DNA of 23,059 nucleotides, taken from IMG/VR virus record IMGVR_UViG_3300038318_000112, positions 62,001 through 85,059 of that record; one strand, written 5' to 3'. A program made the position numbers and the translations under genes. Source of the DNA: an uncultured virus (IMG/VR IMGVR_UViG_3300038318_000112) (lineage: Duplodnaviria > Heunggongvirae > Uroviricota > Caudoviricetes). Shown in pieces: positions 8,982 to 16,823 of this stretch; the first letter of the stretch is position 1; every line of letters starts with the position of its first letter. The notes beneath the pieces were generated by a model, which worked only from the letters and a program-made list of their open reading frames with translations, was not told the origin of the DNA and did no database searches.

Positions 8982-9166
8982 CTCAGCGTCCTCCTGTCCT
9001 GCCTCTCTCTGTATTCTTTATCCAGTAGTCTTTCGTCATTTACTTTTCTGCTCCATTCTTTCTGCGCCCTGTCGAAGTCGGCGTACCTATCGCACTTTGC
9101 GTGGCACTCCGCTGTCCTGTCTGGGCAGTTCAGACACGGCGATTCGGGCTTACACATCTGTACCAC
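8978..9166 (-). CDS. Small Cys-rich phage protein
   Basis: PCLNCPDR..CHAKC..Y motif. Real start may be the ATG at 9157. Confidence 0.7.
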   Translation of the reverse strand: MVQMCKPESPCLNCPDRTAECHAKCDRYADFDRAQKEWSRKVNDERLLDKEYRERQDRRTLR

Positions 9167-9329
9167 CTACTCTCATTGATTTGACATATACTAACAAATA
9201 ATTTGCTATTTCTTCTAACTCGTACTTGTCAAATTGGTCTGATGAAAATCCAAGTATAGATTTTCTCGTACCTGTTATCAACTTTTCTGCAACCGTTATC
9301 GGCAAATCAATATCTCTTATTTCAATCAT
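9150..9329 (-). CDS. Hypothetical protein, 59 aa
   Basis: Not in the ORF track. MIEIRDIDLPITVAEKLITG...YVKSMRVGGTDV; AAGGGGG RBS; fills the gap. Confidence 0.7.
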   Translation of the reverse strand: MIEIRDIDLPITVAEKLITGTRKSILGFSSDQFDKYELEEIANYLLVYVKSMRVGGTDV

Positions 9330-9513
9330 CGGAATCCCCCTTAATCCTATCCTGTTGACGCGATAATGCCTCTATAACATCATCAATTCCGCATTTACAG
9401 CCATCCGCCACCATTTGAATCAGCCTTTCTGTAGATATATCATTATCATCATGTGCATCCCAGGATGCCATTATCTCATCGTCACGGATAGCACAATTAC
9501 GCTTGCCTATCAT
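9322..9513 (-). CDS. Hypothetical protein, 63 aa
   Basis: MIGKRNC...; ATGA-coupled to the upstream radical SAM gene. Confidence 0.65.
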   Translation of the reverse strand: MIGKRNCAIRDDEIMASWDAHDDNDISTERLIQMVADGCKCGIDDVIEALSRQQDRIKGDSDD

Positions 9514-10343
9514 TCCACACCACCTGCTATTATTCCTTTCATGTACGCGTTTGTCGCAGCAGGTCTGCTCCATTTGCGGCAAAATTGCCGCCATTCTTTG
9601 CTATATTCTGTTTTGGTCTCTGAAAAATCTTTATAAAGCTGTGCGAATGGCATTGCTCCTGCATAATAGATTTCCCTGCAACGTTCCTCATTCTCCTGCA
9701 TATCGTCACCTATCAACGCGAAACAGCGTATCTTATTTCTGTTAAACCCAGCTTTTACAAGCTTTGCGCAAGCCTTTTTAAAACTTGGAATCGATCCTTT
9801 GCTGTCGCAAGCAAGGTATAAACTTTTGATTTTCAAGCTTTGTATGTTGCTTATGAAATGATCGTCTATTAAATTGCTTTGCAAACCGCCTTTAAATTCG
9901 ATAGCGTGTTGGTGCTTTAGCATTTCAAATACCTTGTCTTTGTGCTCTCTGCTTGTCTGCAAGAAATTATTGTCTTGTATAATGTTGCCCTCAACGATTG
10001 GGAGTTCTTTGATTTTCCCCTCACGCTTTGGCACACAACAGAACGGACAATTATTGTCACAACCACGGCTTGTAAATATTATTCCTTGTTTTACATACAT
10101 CCCTGGTATAAAATCGGTGCATGGGCTGTTATACGCAGGTCCTCCAAGCTTCACAGGCTTGTTAGTCATTACTTCCCATTGGTATTTTAGATCCTCGCAC
10201 TTTTGCTTATCCCATGTGAACGTACAGCTTATACGCACCTCTTCATGTTCGGGGATCATTAGTGTTGGCATACCAACGAAAGCGTATGGGTCAGTAGGGG
10301 TATAACTTGTTCTTTCAGGGAACACTCTTATTATCTTGCTCAT
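9510..10343 (-). CDS. Radical SAM superfamily protein
   Basis: TSRGCDNNCPFCCVP (CxxxCxxC), DNNFL, and an N-terminal FTWD...LGGPA segment like a degenerate B12-binding domain. Start MSKIIRV by ATGA overlap. Confidence 0.85.
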   Translation of the reverse strand: MSKIIRVFPERTSYTPTDPYAFVGMPTLMIPEHEEVRISCTFTWDKQKCEDLKYQWEVMTNKPVKLGGPAYNSPCTDFIPGMYVKQGIIFTSRGCDNNCPFCCVPKREGKIKELPIVEGNIIQDNNFLQTSREHKDKVFEMLKHQHAIEFKGGLQSNLIDDHFISNIQSLKIKSLYLACDSKGSIPSFKKACAKLVKAGFNRNKIRCFALIGDDMQENEERCREIYYAGAMPFAQLYKDFSETKTEYSKEWRQFCRKWSRPAATNAYMKGIIAGGVE

Positions 10344-10597
10344 TCCGCACCGCCTTTCCGTTCTCCGTGACTGCAAAATGCGTCATTGTCATATATTAAT
10401 CCATTCCATAAACAATACCCAGTAATATTTAATTTTTTATAGTATTCGCAGTTCTTGCACCGCACTACCTCAACAGCGTCTACTATTGGCTGTTCGTTGA
10501 TCAATTGCAACATTCCGTATAGTTCGTCTGTTGGATTGGAAAATACTTTACACATTACCTCGCTGTCTTTTAATTTATCTGCATCTATCAGTCTCAT
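10340..10597 (-). CDS. MRLIDAD-family small phage protein
   Basis: MRLIDAD start, PIVDAVEVVRCKNC, FCSHGERK. Confidence 0.8.
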   Translation of the reverse strand: MRLIDADKLKDSEVMCKVFSNPTDELYGMLQLINEQPIVDAVEVVRCKNCEYYKKLNITGYCLWNGLIYDNDAFCSHGERKGGAE

Positions 10598-10611
10598 TTC
10601 GCACCGCCTTT

Positions 10612-10887
10612 CTAAACTATATATGGCTCTTCCATATCTTTCATTGCCTCATAAGCAATAAGTTCATCCCTTTTTTCAATAGCCTCTTTAGGGCTTTTGG
10701 CTTTCACTAAAAAGATTTCTCCGATTATTCTATCTCGGACTAAATACAGTTCGTCCTCTGCATAGTAATAATCATAATACCCACAACCACATCTTGATTC
10801 AGTAGGAAATTCATTCCACTTAATTGATTTTCCTTTTACAAAAATTTCATAAAATTTATGCGCTATATTATCTTCTTTTAATATCAT
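10612..10887 (-). CDS. Hypothetical protein
   Basis: Start MILKEDNI after the GAAGGTGG RBS. Confidence 0.65.
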   Translation of the reverse strand: MILKEDNIAHKFYEIFVKGKSIKWNEFPTESRCGCGYYDYYYAEDELYLVRDRIIGEIFLVKAKSPKEAIEKRDELIAYEAMKDMEEPYIV

Positions 10888-11122
10888 CCGCACCACCTTC
10901 CAAATTATTTGCAAAATACGATCGCAATTCCGCATAGCAATCCTCACACAGCGTAATGTAGTTCTGGCACGTTCCGCGCTCGCCAAATGTGATTTGGTAA
11001 TCAGACATTTTGTTTCTGCAAGCCATACAGTTATGGTGCTTTGTTTTCTCAATCGTTATCATCGATTTTTTCGGTATTTGCTTTTCGAGTGCATCTCTTG
11101 CCACCGTCCTTATATTTTTCAA
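10868..11122 (-). CDS. Hypothetical Cys-containing protein (possibly a chimeric remnant)
   Basis: ALEKQIPKK motif, then CxxC...CxxC; TTG start uncertain. Confidence 0.55.
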   Translation of the reverse strand: MKNIRTVARDALEKQIPKKSMITIEKTKHHNCMACRNKMSDYQITFGERGTCQNYITLCEDCYAELRSYFANNLEGGADDIKRR

Positions 11123-11385
11123 TCATAATCCCCCCCTTCTTTCGCTATATTATCTATCATTTCTTTAAATGCTTTGCTTTTAATCTCTCTTGTTGCTCTT
11201 TCGACACAAGTGTCTACTATATGCTTCTTGTCCTTATAAATAACTTCTCTAACTGCCTGCGCTATATCCTGCTTATATGCGTATGGATACCCACCGTCTA
11301 ATTCTTTATCTACAATATTCTTAACCAACGCATCGGTTACAAGCCTTGATATTTCTTTTTCAGATATGTCTATTTCCATTTTCAT
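11119..11385 (-). CDS. Hypothetical protein
   Basis: 88 aa, ATGA-coupled, RBS present. Confidence 0.7.
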   Translation of the reverse strand: MKMEIDISEKEISRLVTDALVKNIVDKELDGGYPYAYKQDIAQAVREVIYKDKKHIVDTCVERATREIKSKAFKEMIDNIAKEGGDYD

Positions 11386-11597
11386 TCCGCACCGCCTTTC
11401 TTTAACCCGAAATATGTATCTGTGCTTTCTTTATGCAACCATTCTAATCTGCAATTATCACATGGCATATCTGTACTATCGCCCCCACACAAACAGCAAA
11501 ATGTTTGTGAATAGTCTATATCTCCGACTTCAAGCCTATTCATAAGTTCTACAAGTTCTTCATCCGTCATGGCTCTTATTGCATCTGCATTTGTCAT
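11382..11597 (-). CDS. MTNADxIRxM-family small phage protein
   Basis: MTNADAIRAMTDEEL start and C...C..EWL motif. Confidence 0.75.
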   Translation of the reverse strand: MTNADAIRAMTDEELVELMNRLEVGDIDYSQTFCCLCGGDSTDMPCDNCRLEWLHKESTDTYFGLKKGGAE

Positions 11598-11668
11598 TTC
11601 GCACCGCCGATCAATTCGCTACATACTCTTTCGAGCTTGTTATCATACAGCCATTCGAGTGCTGACAT
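11594..11668 (-). CDS. 24-aa micro-ORF
   Basis: MSALEWLYDNKLERVCSELIGGAK; TAATG and ATGA overlaps on both sides; GGAGGAG RBS. Confidence 0.5.
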   Translation of the reverse strand: MSALEWLYDNKLERVCSELIGGAK

Positions 11669-12447
11669 TATTTCTCCTCCGTAAATTCTCCGTTTTCGTC
11701 CAATTTATACCATGTATCAGGTTTGATTTTCTTACCGTCAACTTCTGCAAATGCTATCTTTACAAACTCATCGTGTTTCCAAAATTGGATTGCGAGAACT
11801 GAATGCTTCCCCGCCTTGACTTTTGCGCCTTCCCCACCATATACAACTGACCTGTTACCGCCGTTTAAGGCTGAACCGTAACCGCCGTTTAGAGCTGAAT
11901 AGTTACCGCCGTTTAAGGCTGACCCGTAACCGCCGTTTAAGGCTGAACCGTAACCGCCGTTTAGAGCTGAACCGTTGCCACCGTTTAAGGCTGACCTGTT
12001 GCCGCCATTTAAGGCTGAACCGTAACCGCCGTTTAAGGCTGAACCGTAACCGCCGTTTAGAGCTGAACCGTTGCCACCGTTTAGGGCTGAACCGTAACCG
12101 CCGTTTAAGGCTGAACCGTAACCGCCCAATTTGTTATTCGTGCAATTTGACTTCGCATAATCAAAAGCGATTTTTACCATATTGGCGACATCAATCTTCG
12201 CTCCAATTTTAATTTCTTTTCCTACTCTTTTGCTATCATCTTCCGTTTCTTCAGAAATCTTATTAAGTTCCACCTCCCTATAAATACTATTGCTTGGTGG
12301 ATAATATGATAAACAATCTATAGGATTTTCACAGGCATGGAACCCTTTTACGCACAAAACCGCCTCGCTTTCTTTGTATTCTTTGCCTTCTTCATACTTA
12401 AAACCTCTGCACGTCATATCTTTACTGAAACCTTTATACATCTTCAC
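11668..12447 (-). CDS. Phage protein with a YKGF..D.TCRGF.YE N-terminal domain and Gly-rich octapeptide repeats
   Basis: GFHACENPIDCLSYY, repeat tract, C-terminal VDGKKIKPDTWYKL; GGAGG RBS with GTG start. Confidence 0.85.
   Translation of the reverse strand: MKMYKGFSKDMTCRGFKYEEGKEYKESEAVLCVKGFHACENPIDCLSYYPPSNSIYREVELNKISEETEDDSKRVGKEIKIGAKIDVANMVKIAFDYAKSNCTNNKLGGYGSALNGGYGSALNGGNGSALNGGYGSALNGGYGSALNGGNRSALNGGNGSALNGGYGSALNGGYGSALNGGNYSALNGGYGSALNGGNRSVVYGGEGAKVKAGKHSVLAIQFWKHDEFVKIAFAEVDGKKIKPDTWYKLDENGEFTEEK
11839..12126 (-). repeat. 24-bp tandem repeat, 11 full units plus 1 degenerate (GG[Y/N][G/R/Y]SALN)
   Basis: Plus-strand consensus GTTTAAGGCTGAACCGTAACCGCC repeated head to tail. 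Confidence 0.95.
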
Positions 12448-12566
12448 GATTCTTTACCTCCAATTTCACAATCCGTTTTTCCGCCGTTAGCGGCTCTGAT
12501 TGATTCCCCGAGCGTTCTGCCCGCTCTGAGTTCTTCAGCGTCGGCTTCTATGATTATGATTTTCAT
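12444..12566 (-). CDS. Hypothetical protein, 40 aa
   Basis: Not in the ORF track. MKIIIIEADAEELRAGRTLGESIRAANGGKTDCEIGGKES; GAAAGGA RBS; GTGA overlap. Confidence 0.6.
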   Translation of the reverse strand: MKIIIIEADAEELRAGRTLGESIRAANGGKTDCEIGGKES

Positions 12567-12699
12567 TTCGTCATCCTTTCCGGGGCAGCCATAAGTTATA
12601 ACTGCTGCATATACAATATTTTCACGTTGATTTAAATTTATTCTTGTAATTTGGTGTGCACGCTGCCCCTATATCTGGTCCGCGAATAGGTGCGAACGG

Positions 12700-12954
12700 T
12701 TAATCGTTTTCAATTTCCTCAGCCCAACATTTTTCACAGTCGGCACGATTTACTATGCCTTGCCCTGAAAAACATTCATCTGTAATTCCAAGTTGTTTTG
12801 CGCATGCTTTTGGGATGCCTTGACCGTCAAATTCTGCGAATGGAAAATTTTCGATCAGCAGATCCTTGCGAGTTTTCCTTTCCGGTATCTCCCAGTCTCT
12901 CGGGTTTTCATTACATAAATTTTCGTAAATGCATTTCCACTCTTTCTCTGTCAT
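12700..12954 (-). CDS. Hypothetical protein
   Basis: 84 aa, KTRKD...FP...C..CW..E pattern, ATGA-coupled. Confidence 0.7.
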   Translation of the reverse strand: MTEKEWKCIYENLCNENPRDWEIPERKTRKDLLIENFPFAEFDGQGIPKACAKQLGITDECFSGQGIVNRADCEKCWAEEIEND

Positions 12955-13268
12955 ATCTTCAACTCCTTGTACATCTCAATCCAGTCCGAAAGCCTCATAG
13001 TTACAAGCCACTCACAGTTGTTTTTTCGCCACATGACTGTCGGTGATTCCCCGTCTTTTGCGTCGTGTATCGACTGGCTCATCGCGTCATACACATTTAA
13101 TCTTTCGTTGCGCTTACACTCGATATGTATACCGTCAAGTCCTACAACATCCGCATCTCCGTTAGCTCCGCTATATTGCTGACCACGCCTGCATTCGTAA
13201 CCGTACTCGCGGAGTTTCTTCGCAAGCTCGCGTTCTCCGGTTGCTCCTTTGTTTCTGCTGTTCGTCAT
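12951..13268 (-). CDS. Holliday junction resolvase-like PD-(D/E)xK nuclease
   Basis: NSRNKGATGERE, DADVVG and IECK motifs. Confidence 0.8.
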   Translation of the reverse strand: MTNSRNKGATGERELAKKLREYGYECRRGQQYSGANGDADVVGLDGIHIECKRNERLNVYDAMSQSIHDAKDGESPTVMWRKNNCEWLVTMRLSDWIEMYKELKI

Positions 13269-13280
13269 ATTTCTATACTC

Positions 13281-14096
13281 CTATGATTGTGTCCACCATT
13301 TCATTACATCGTTTGGACAATTCCATTCAGTTTTTCCATCTCCGTCACGTTTTATCAACATTTTTTCAAAAGCGATCATGTACAACTTTTTATATCTTGG
13401 GTATCTTTCAAAATCCTCTATCATACCCTTTCCCCCTTGCATTGGACATCCAATACACCCAAGTCTTTTCTTACCTTCATCATACAATTTACAGTACGGG
13501 ATATTATTTTCTTTTAGAAATTCCCATACTTCTTCGGTACTCCAATCAATAATCGGATTGAGTATATAGCGATGCTTTTGCGGGCAGATTTTGAATTGTG
13601 GCGCATCTTCAAGATTTTCCGTGAAATTAAGTTGATTATTCGCCGCATGCACTCCATGATCTTCAACCATATGTCTCGATTTTTTCCTTTTTACGCTTTC
13701 GCTTCGCCTTACCCCAGTAACAACAAATCGTCCTTCTCCTTGATCTTCTTTGAGTGCACTACAACAATATCGTACTATCCGTGTTGGCGGCATTTTCTTT
13801 TTAGGTATCAGATTCCACATTGTAATCCTGTTACCGTCTTTATCTCTTGGAATATCTCTGTGTACATCAGGATGCTGTTCAATAATAAATCGGACAAGTT
13901 CAGGTGGATCTATTCCTGTGTTTGTATAATGAGCGTCATATTTCACGCCCGCCATGTCTGCAAGTGCTTTAATCGTACAACTGTCTTTGCCACCGCTGAA
14001 TGCAATATAATATCCGTCTTTAGGCTCGTATGTTTTAAGCCTTTCTATTGCGACTTGTACTTTATCTTTTCCGTTTATATCTAACTGATGTATCAT
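13281..14096 (-). CDS. PAPS/APS reductase family protein
   Basis: AFSGGKDS PP-loop, RYCC, GVRRSES..R, NPIIDW, RLGCIGCP. Confidence 0.9.
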   Translation of the reverse strand: MIHQLDINGKDKVQVAIERLKTYEPKDGYYIAFSGGKDSCTIKALADMAGVKYDAHYTNTGIDPPELVRFIIEQHPDVHRDIPRDKDGNRITMWNLIPKKKMPPTRIVRYCCSALKEDQGEGRFVVTGVRRSESVKRKKSRHMVEDHGVHAANNQLNFTENLEDAPQFKICPQKHRYILNPIIDWSTEEVWEFLKENNIPYCKLYDEGKKRLGCIGCPMQGGKGMIEDFERYPRYKKLYMIAFEKMLIKRDGDGKTEWNCPNDVMKWWTQS

Positions 14097-14108
14097 TTCG
14101 CACCTCCA

Positions 14109-14540
14109 CTAAAAAGGAATATTGTCATCCGGGATAGGAGTAAAGTCAGGTTGCTGCATCTGAGTCTGCTGTGGCCTCGCCTGCTGATACGTCTGCGGTC
14201 CCTGCGGCTGTCCGCCCTGCTGCCCTGAAGGGCTGAGAAACTCAACTCTGCTCGCGATCACGTCCGTCGTGTATACCTTCGAGCCGTCCTCACGCTCGTA
14301 AGAGTCTGTCTGTATCCTGCCTGTGACTCCAATCCTCTTGCCCTTACTGAGGTACTTCTGACAGTTCTCTGCCTGCGAACCGAAGACTATCACGCGTGGG
14401 AAGTCTGCTCCTTTATCCTGTCCGTTCTTGTCCTTACCGCGATTGATCGCGATTGACAGCGTAGCTACTGCCATGTTGCTTTGCGTGTATCTGACCTCCG
14501 GGTCTCTCGTTAAATATCCAATTAAGTTCACTGAATTCAT
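14109..14540 (-). CDS. ssb: Single-stranded DNA-binding protein
   Basis: NSVNLIGYLTRDPE OB fold; acidic DDNIPF tail. Confidence 0.95.
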   Translation of the reverse strand: MNSVNLIGYLTRDPEVRYTQSNMAVATLSIAINRGKDKNGQDKGADFPRVIVFGSQAENCQKYLSKGKRIGVTGRIQTDSYEREDGSKVYTTDVIASRVEFLSPSGQQGGQPQGPQTYQQARPQQTQMQQPDFTPIPDDNIPF

Positions 14541-15256
14541 AGTGTTACTCCTCCTTCAAATCTGATGTTTCTTTTTCTGTCGCTCTTGATGTTGAGCGTG
14601 TACTTTGCTTTTTCGTGTATCCTTCCGCCGATAGCTTCGTCAATATCAGTGATCTCGCTGAGCATCTTCTCTGACGATATGATCGTCGGCAGGTCGTTGT
14701 TGTAGCGTTCGTTGATTAGATCGAACGCGAGCTTTACGTCTGCCTCTGTGACGGCTCCCTTGAAAAGGTCGTCGATGTACAGAACGTGTGCGGCTTTCCA
14801 CTTACTGAACTCTTCGTCGTAGTCTTCTGTGTTTACCATTCGTTTCAGAAGTGTGCTGTCTTCGCGCCACTTCATGTACCGTACCTGACTTCCAATCTCG
14901 ATAAGTGCTACCGCCATAGCTGTACAAATATGTGTCTTGCCGCATCCTGACTGACCACCTATGAAGAACCACCCTGACGGGTCTATCGCGTATGCTTTAG
15001 CGGACCCCAGTATTCTTGCCTGCCACGGTTCCTTTACCTGATATGAGTCAAATGTGTACCTCTCCATGACCTCAGCGAGTCCGCTCCGTGCAAGCCGTGC
15101 TTTCGTCTGCCTCTCAATCTCACACTCACACGGCCTGCCGAACTCGTTACCTTCCTCGTCTTTCCATGTGATCTCGCCGCTGCCTCCGCATATAGGGCAG
15201 ACATCTTTGTCATGCTCCGTGATCGTCGGATTGAAATCTTTTAAATTAATCATCAT
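14537..15256 (-). CDS. DnaC/IstB-like helicase loader ATPase
   Basis: CPIC..C.C zinc motif, GQSGCGKT Walker A, LYIDDL Walker B, INERY. Confidence 0.9.
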   Translation of the reverse strand: MMINLKDFNPTITEHDKDVCPICGGSGEITWKDEEGNEFGRPCECEIERQTKARLARSGLAEVMERYTFDSYQVKEPWQARILGSAKAYAIDPSGWFFIGGQSGCGKTHICTAMAVALIEIGSQVRYMKWREDSTLLKRMVNTEDYDEEFSKWKAAHVLYIDDLFKGAVTEADVKLAFDLINERYNNDLPTIISSEKMLSEITDIDEAIGGRIHEKAKYTLNIKSDRKRNIRFEGGVTL

Positions 15257-15987
15257 AAAACCTCTCCGTAATCGTAATCATCTTTTGGCTTCGCCGGGAT
15301 CCTGTTAAGATAGCTCTCGAACTTTGTCCCGAAGAGTGTCTCCGGGCGGAGATACTTCTGCATCTTCCTGTCGCTAAGCCACTCACCTGTCATGTTATCA
15401 ATGACCGTCTTGAAATCGTCCTCAGTAAAGTGCTCATTCATCCTTGCTCTTATAAGCTGCTGAGTCTTGCCTGTAGTTGCCCTGTAGTGATAACCTGTTT
15501 TCTCATTCAGATAAGAGATAACGTCGTGTGTTACTCGACTATATATATCTTTGTTATCATTGTTATTATTGTTATCATTGTTATCATTGTTGTTTGTTGC
15601 CCCTTGCTTGTCCCTTGCTTGTCCCTTGCTTGCCTTGTTGCTTGCCGTTTTGTTGGTTGCTCTTTTCTTTTTGGATTGGTATAAGTCATAGTTTTCAACG
15701 GTTATGAGTGTATATCTGTTGGTTGATTCGCTTGCCACTTCGCCTGTCGATTTTAGGTGTTTTAGTGCTGTGCGAATTGACCTCAAACTCAGACACAATT
15801 CACTTGCTAACGTCGCGTATGATGCTATGCGTTGTCCTCTTTTAATTTCTATACCATGCCATTTTTTATCCTCGTGATTCACCGTAAGAAGTAGATGAAT
15901 GAATAAGCATTTGGTATTAATATCTCCATACCACTCCCAATCAAGAATCTTTCTGTCGAGTGTGATGAATCCATTATTGTTAGCCAT
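15253..15987 (-). CDS. Replication initiator (replisome organiser)
   Basis: GFITLDRKILDWEW N-terminus; YLNEKTG...YLRPETLFGTKFESYLN conserved phage C-terminal domain. Confidence 0.9.
   Translation of the reverse strand: MANNNGFITLDRKILDWEWYGDINTKCLFIHLLLTVNHEDKKWHGIEIKRGQRIASYATLASELCLSLRSIRTALKHLKSTGEVASESTNRYTLITVENYDLYQSKKKRATNKTASNKASKGQARDKQGATNNNDNNDNNNNNDNKDIYSRVTHDVISYLNEKTGYHYRATTGKTQQLIRARMNEHFTEDDFKTVIDNMTGEWLSDRKMQKYLRPETLFGTKFESYLNRIPAKPKDDYDYGEVL
15551..15660. repeat. Probable replication origin: iterons plus AT-rich repeats inside the initiator gene
   Basis: 3x CCCTTGCTTG(T/C) at 15601-15633; 4x TTGTTAT(C/T)A at 15551-15586. Confidence 0.75.
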
Positions 15988-16525
15988 GCTTCACGCCCCA
16001 CTTCTGTATCATCTCGTTGATCTCGTCCGGCGTAAGGGTCTCGATATCAACTGCCTGACAGTCATCAACGGTCCCTGCTATAAGGTCGCTCATCTCTCCT
16101 GAGTTGTAATCGTGTGAGCCTTTAATCATGAGAAATGTTCTCATCCTGTTGTTGCCTGCGAACGTCAATTTTTCTGTCGGGTACAAGTGCAGCATCGAAT
16201 CTTCCATGTACTCATCCGTGTCTATCATCGTGACCTCGACGCACCGTCCTCCGACGTTCATAAGTGTGCCATACTTGATAAGCAGGTGATTGTGCATGTA
16301 CGGTCTCGACGTGTGCATCGCCTTTGCGAGCTTCCCAACAAGGACCCAGTAGTAAGCGTTCGCGTCGAGCGATCTCTTCTCGCTATGCTTCTTGATATCG
16401 AGATCGAGTACGTCCTTATCCGTCAGGCCAAGCAACTTACCACTCGCTGCCTCCGTCTCCTTTGTCAGAAACGTCATGCTGTATCCGCCCTGCTGTGAGC
16501 CGTGTCTCTGTAATGTCGCCTTCAT
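15980..16525 (-). CDS. NinB/Orf-like recombination protein
   Basis: KRSLDANAYYW and GSHDYNSGEMSDLI..GIET-like motifs; GGAGG RBS. Confidence 0.75.
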   Translation of the reverse strand: MKATLQRHGSQQGGYSMTFLTKETEAASGKLLGLTDKDVLDLDIKKHSEKRSLDANAYYWVLVGKLAKAMHTSRPYMHNHLLIKYGTLMNVGGRCVEVTMIDTDEYMEDSMLHLYPTEKLTFAGNNRMRTFLMIKGSHDYNSGEMSDLIAGTVDDCQAVDIETLTPDEINEMIQKWGVKHG

Positions 16526-16823
16526 CGTCGTCCTCCAAATAATTTCGTCCTATAAGTGCCATAAACTCTGCTCGCGTGTGGCTTTCCTCGTAATGGCTCT
16601 GACACATCTTTTTTAATTCGAGGTCTATCTTTCTGTTACGATGTATCATGTTGTGGCAAGCCGGACAGACCGTGACCCAAAATCCATTAGCCTTGCTCGC
16701 TTGCCTATTAGGCCCGAAGTAAATCTCATGACGTGCCATGTCTCCGCCTCTGCCGCATAAGCAGCATATGTCCGGGTCTTTGACCATGATTGACGGCACG
16801 TATCCGTTCTTATCTAACTTCAT
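16437..16823 (-). CDS. HNH/Ref-like zinc-binding nuclease
   Basis: CxxC...HEIYFG.NR..S...CxxCH...H, IGRNYL. Confidence 0.7.
   Translation of the reverse strand: MKLDKNGYVPSIMVKDPDICCLCGRGGDMARHEIYFGPNRQASKANGFWVTVCPACHNMIHRNRKIDLELKKMCQSHYEESHTRAEFMALIGRNYLEDDDEGDITETRLTAGRIQHDVSDKGDGGSEW

Noticed and set aside
11839..12126. CRISPR array or DGR variable region
   Set aside because: Units are head to tail with no spacers and stay in frame within a CDS. No cas gene, reverse transcriptase or template repeat in the window.
12615..12637. ATTTAAAT resembling the end of a type I-B CRISPR repeat (solitary repeat / RNA anti-CRISPR)
   Set aside because: Only 8 AT-rich bases match; the rest does not resemble a repeat I can recognise.
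16437..16525. 89-nt overlap of the HNH-like and NinB-like genes as a recoding signal
   Set aside because: The NinB-like gene has its own GGAGG RBS; most simply a lost stop codon giving a tail extension.
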